Positions 62,921-64,000 of a DNA stretch of 64,000 nucleotides are shown here, one piece after another. Source of the DNA: Octopus sinensis (lineage: Eukaryota); contig NC_043009.1 in assembly GCF_006345805.1 (NCBI RefSeq), positions 15,190,001-15,254,000 of the forward strand, given 5' to 3'. The notes beneath the pieces are model-generated. The model worked only from the letters and a program-made list of their open reading frames with translations, was not told the origin of the DNA and ran no database searches. The translations under genes and the position numbers were made by a program. Within the stretch, counting starts at the first letter, position 1. Each line of letters begins with the position of its first letter.

Positions 62921-64000
62921 AGAGAGGAATTTTTTAAATATTGGGATAACTGATGTTACTGTATTTATAATTAACTATTTAGTATTCTAGATTCATCGAA
63001 GAATGGAAACCATGAGTTGACTAGCGATGACATGTATATAGTAATATATGTTGTTTGTGGAGCTAGTCCACAATGTACAAACTTAAATATAGGTAACGAA
63101 ATACACCTCATTTTGGCTCAGTAAATTTAGGGGAATGCGGGTAAGAGAAGACGGTAAGCACCATGGTTCAAACAAGTAATTTGAAAATAAATGTTCAATA
63201 CCAGAGATTATTGATAAATTCAACTCCTACGTGAATAGCAAAGACGCTTTCCAGTCATAGTGAAAACACTATTGCTTTGTTGATTTCTTAGGAAATATTT
63301 TCATATGAAACCATGAATGCACGTGGCATGATTACTCAGAAGCATTAGACACGCTTTCACAAAACAAATTTTTACTCAGAATAGAAGTGAATATGAGGTA
63401 ATAAAGTAGGGGATTATCTATGAATTTTTACACCTCACCTGAGGTAAGCGAAGCGTGTGAAGTGATTTTGCATTTTCGCATAAGGCGTTTCTTAGAATAA
63501 AATTCTAAAATATCAATACACTTCTTCATTAATATTGAAAAATCGTTAGGTCTATATTTCTCTATATTTCTATTCAAAATATATTACACATCGAACCATA
63601 TAAAGCTTCTATAAAAATATGATTTTAGGCACACATAAATATGCTCGTGTTCAAACGCACAGACACACACATATATGTGTATGTATGTGTATATGCATAT
63701 GTGTGTGTGTATGTGAGTATGGGCATGTATATACAGACATATATATATATATATATATATACTTGTGTGTGTGTATTAGTGTGTTTGTGTGTGTTAATAT
63801 GCAAGTTATAAAATAGACAAAAATTAAAAGAGTAAATTAATATATATATCTTTAGGAATAACGTCGTTCTCCAAATTATTTATGCGGTTTGTTTTCAAGA
63901 TTATTATGTGATTTAAATAAAGAATTAATATCTATTTCTCAAGATATTGTGTGTTTATTAAGCAGTGTTTCTAATTATTTTATTATAAATACATATATTG

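Overview
AT-rich, microsatellite-dense eukaryotic DNA that is intronic or intergenic. The SINE/LINE landscape points to an octopus (coleoid cephalopod) genome; this is inferred from pattern recognition, not from a database search. I find no confident host protein-coding gene, and most ORFs in the supplied track are simple-repeat translations. The window is a patchwork of decayed mobile elements: several tRNA-headed SINE families with interchangeable 3' tails, five R4/Dong-like RLE LINE fragments, RTE and Tx1/L1-like LINE fragments, Penelope-like (RT + GIY-YIG) remnants, two Helitron fragments, Tc1/mariner relics and several MITEs. One MITE is Kolobok-type (TTAA target duplication) and one has a telomere-like (TTAGGG)n core. 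The most notable region is 35.75-39.07 kb. There, a type I hammerhead ribozyme with an intact catalytic core is preceded by its own 30-nt antisense arm and sits next to a ~3.2-kb near-perfect palindrome (~1.4-kb arms), whose outer ends each carry a second, degenerate hammerhead-like motif. A separate tRNA-headed SINE family (31.4 kb, 58.5 kb) also carries a hammerhead relic, suggesting non-autonomous ribozyme-bearing retroelements possibly mobilised by Penelope-like elements.
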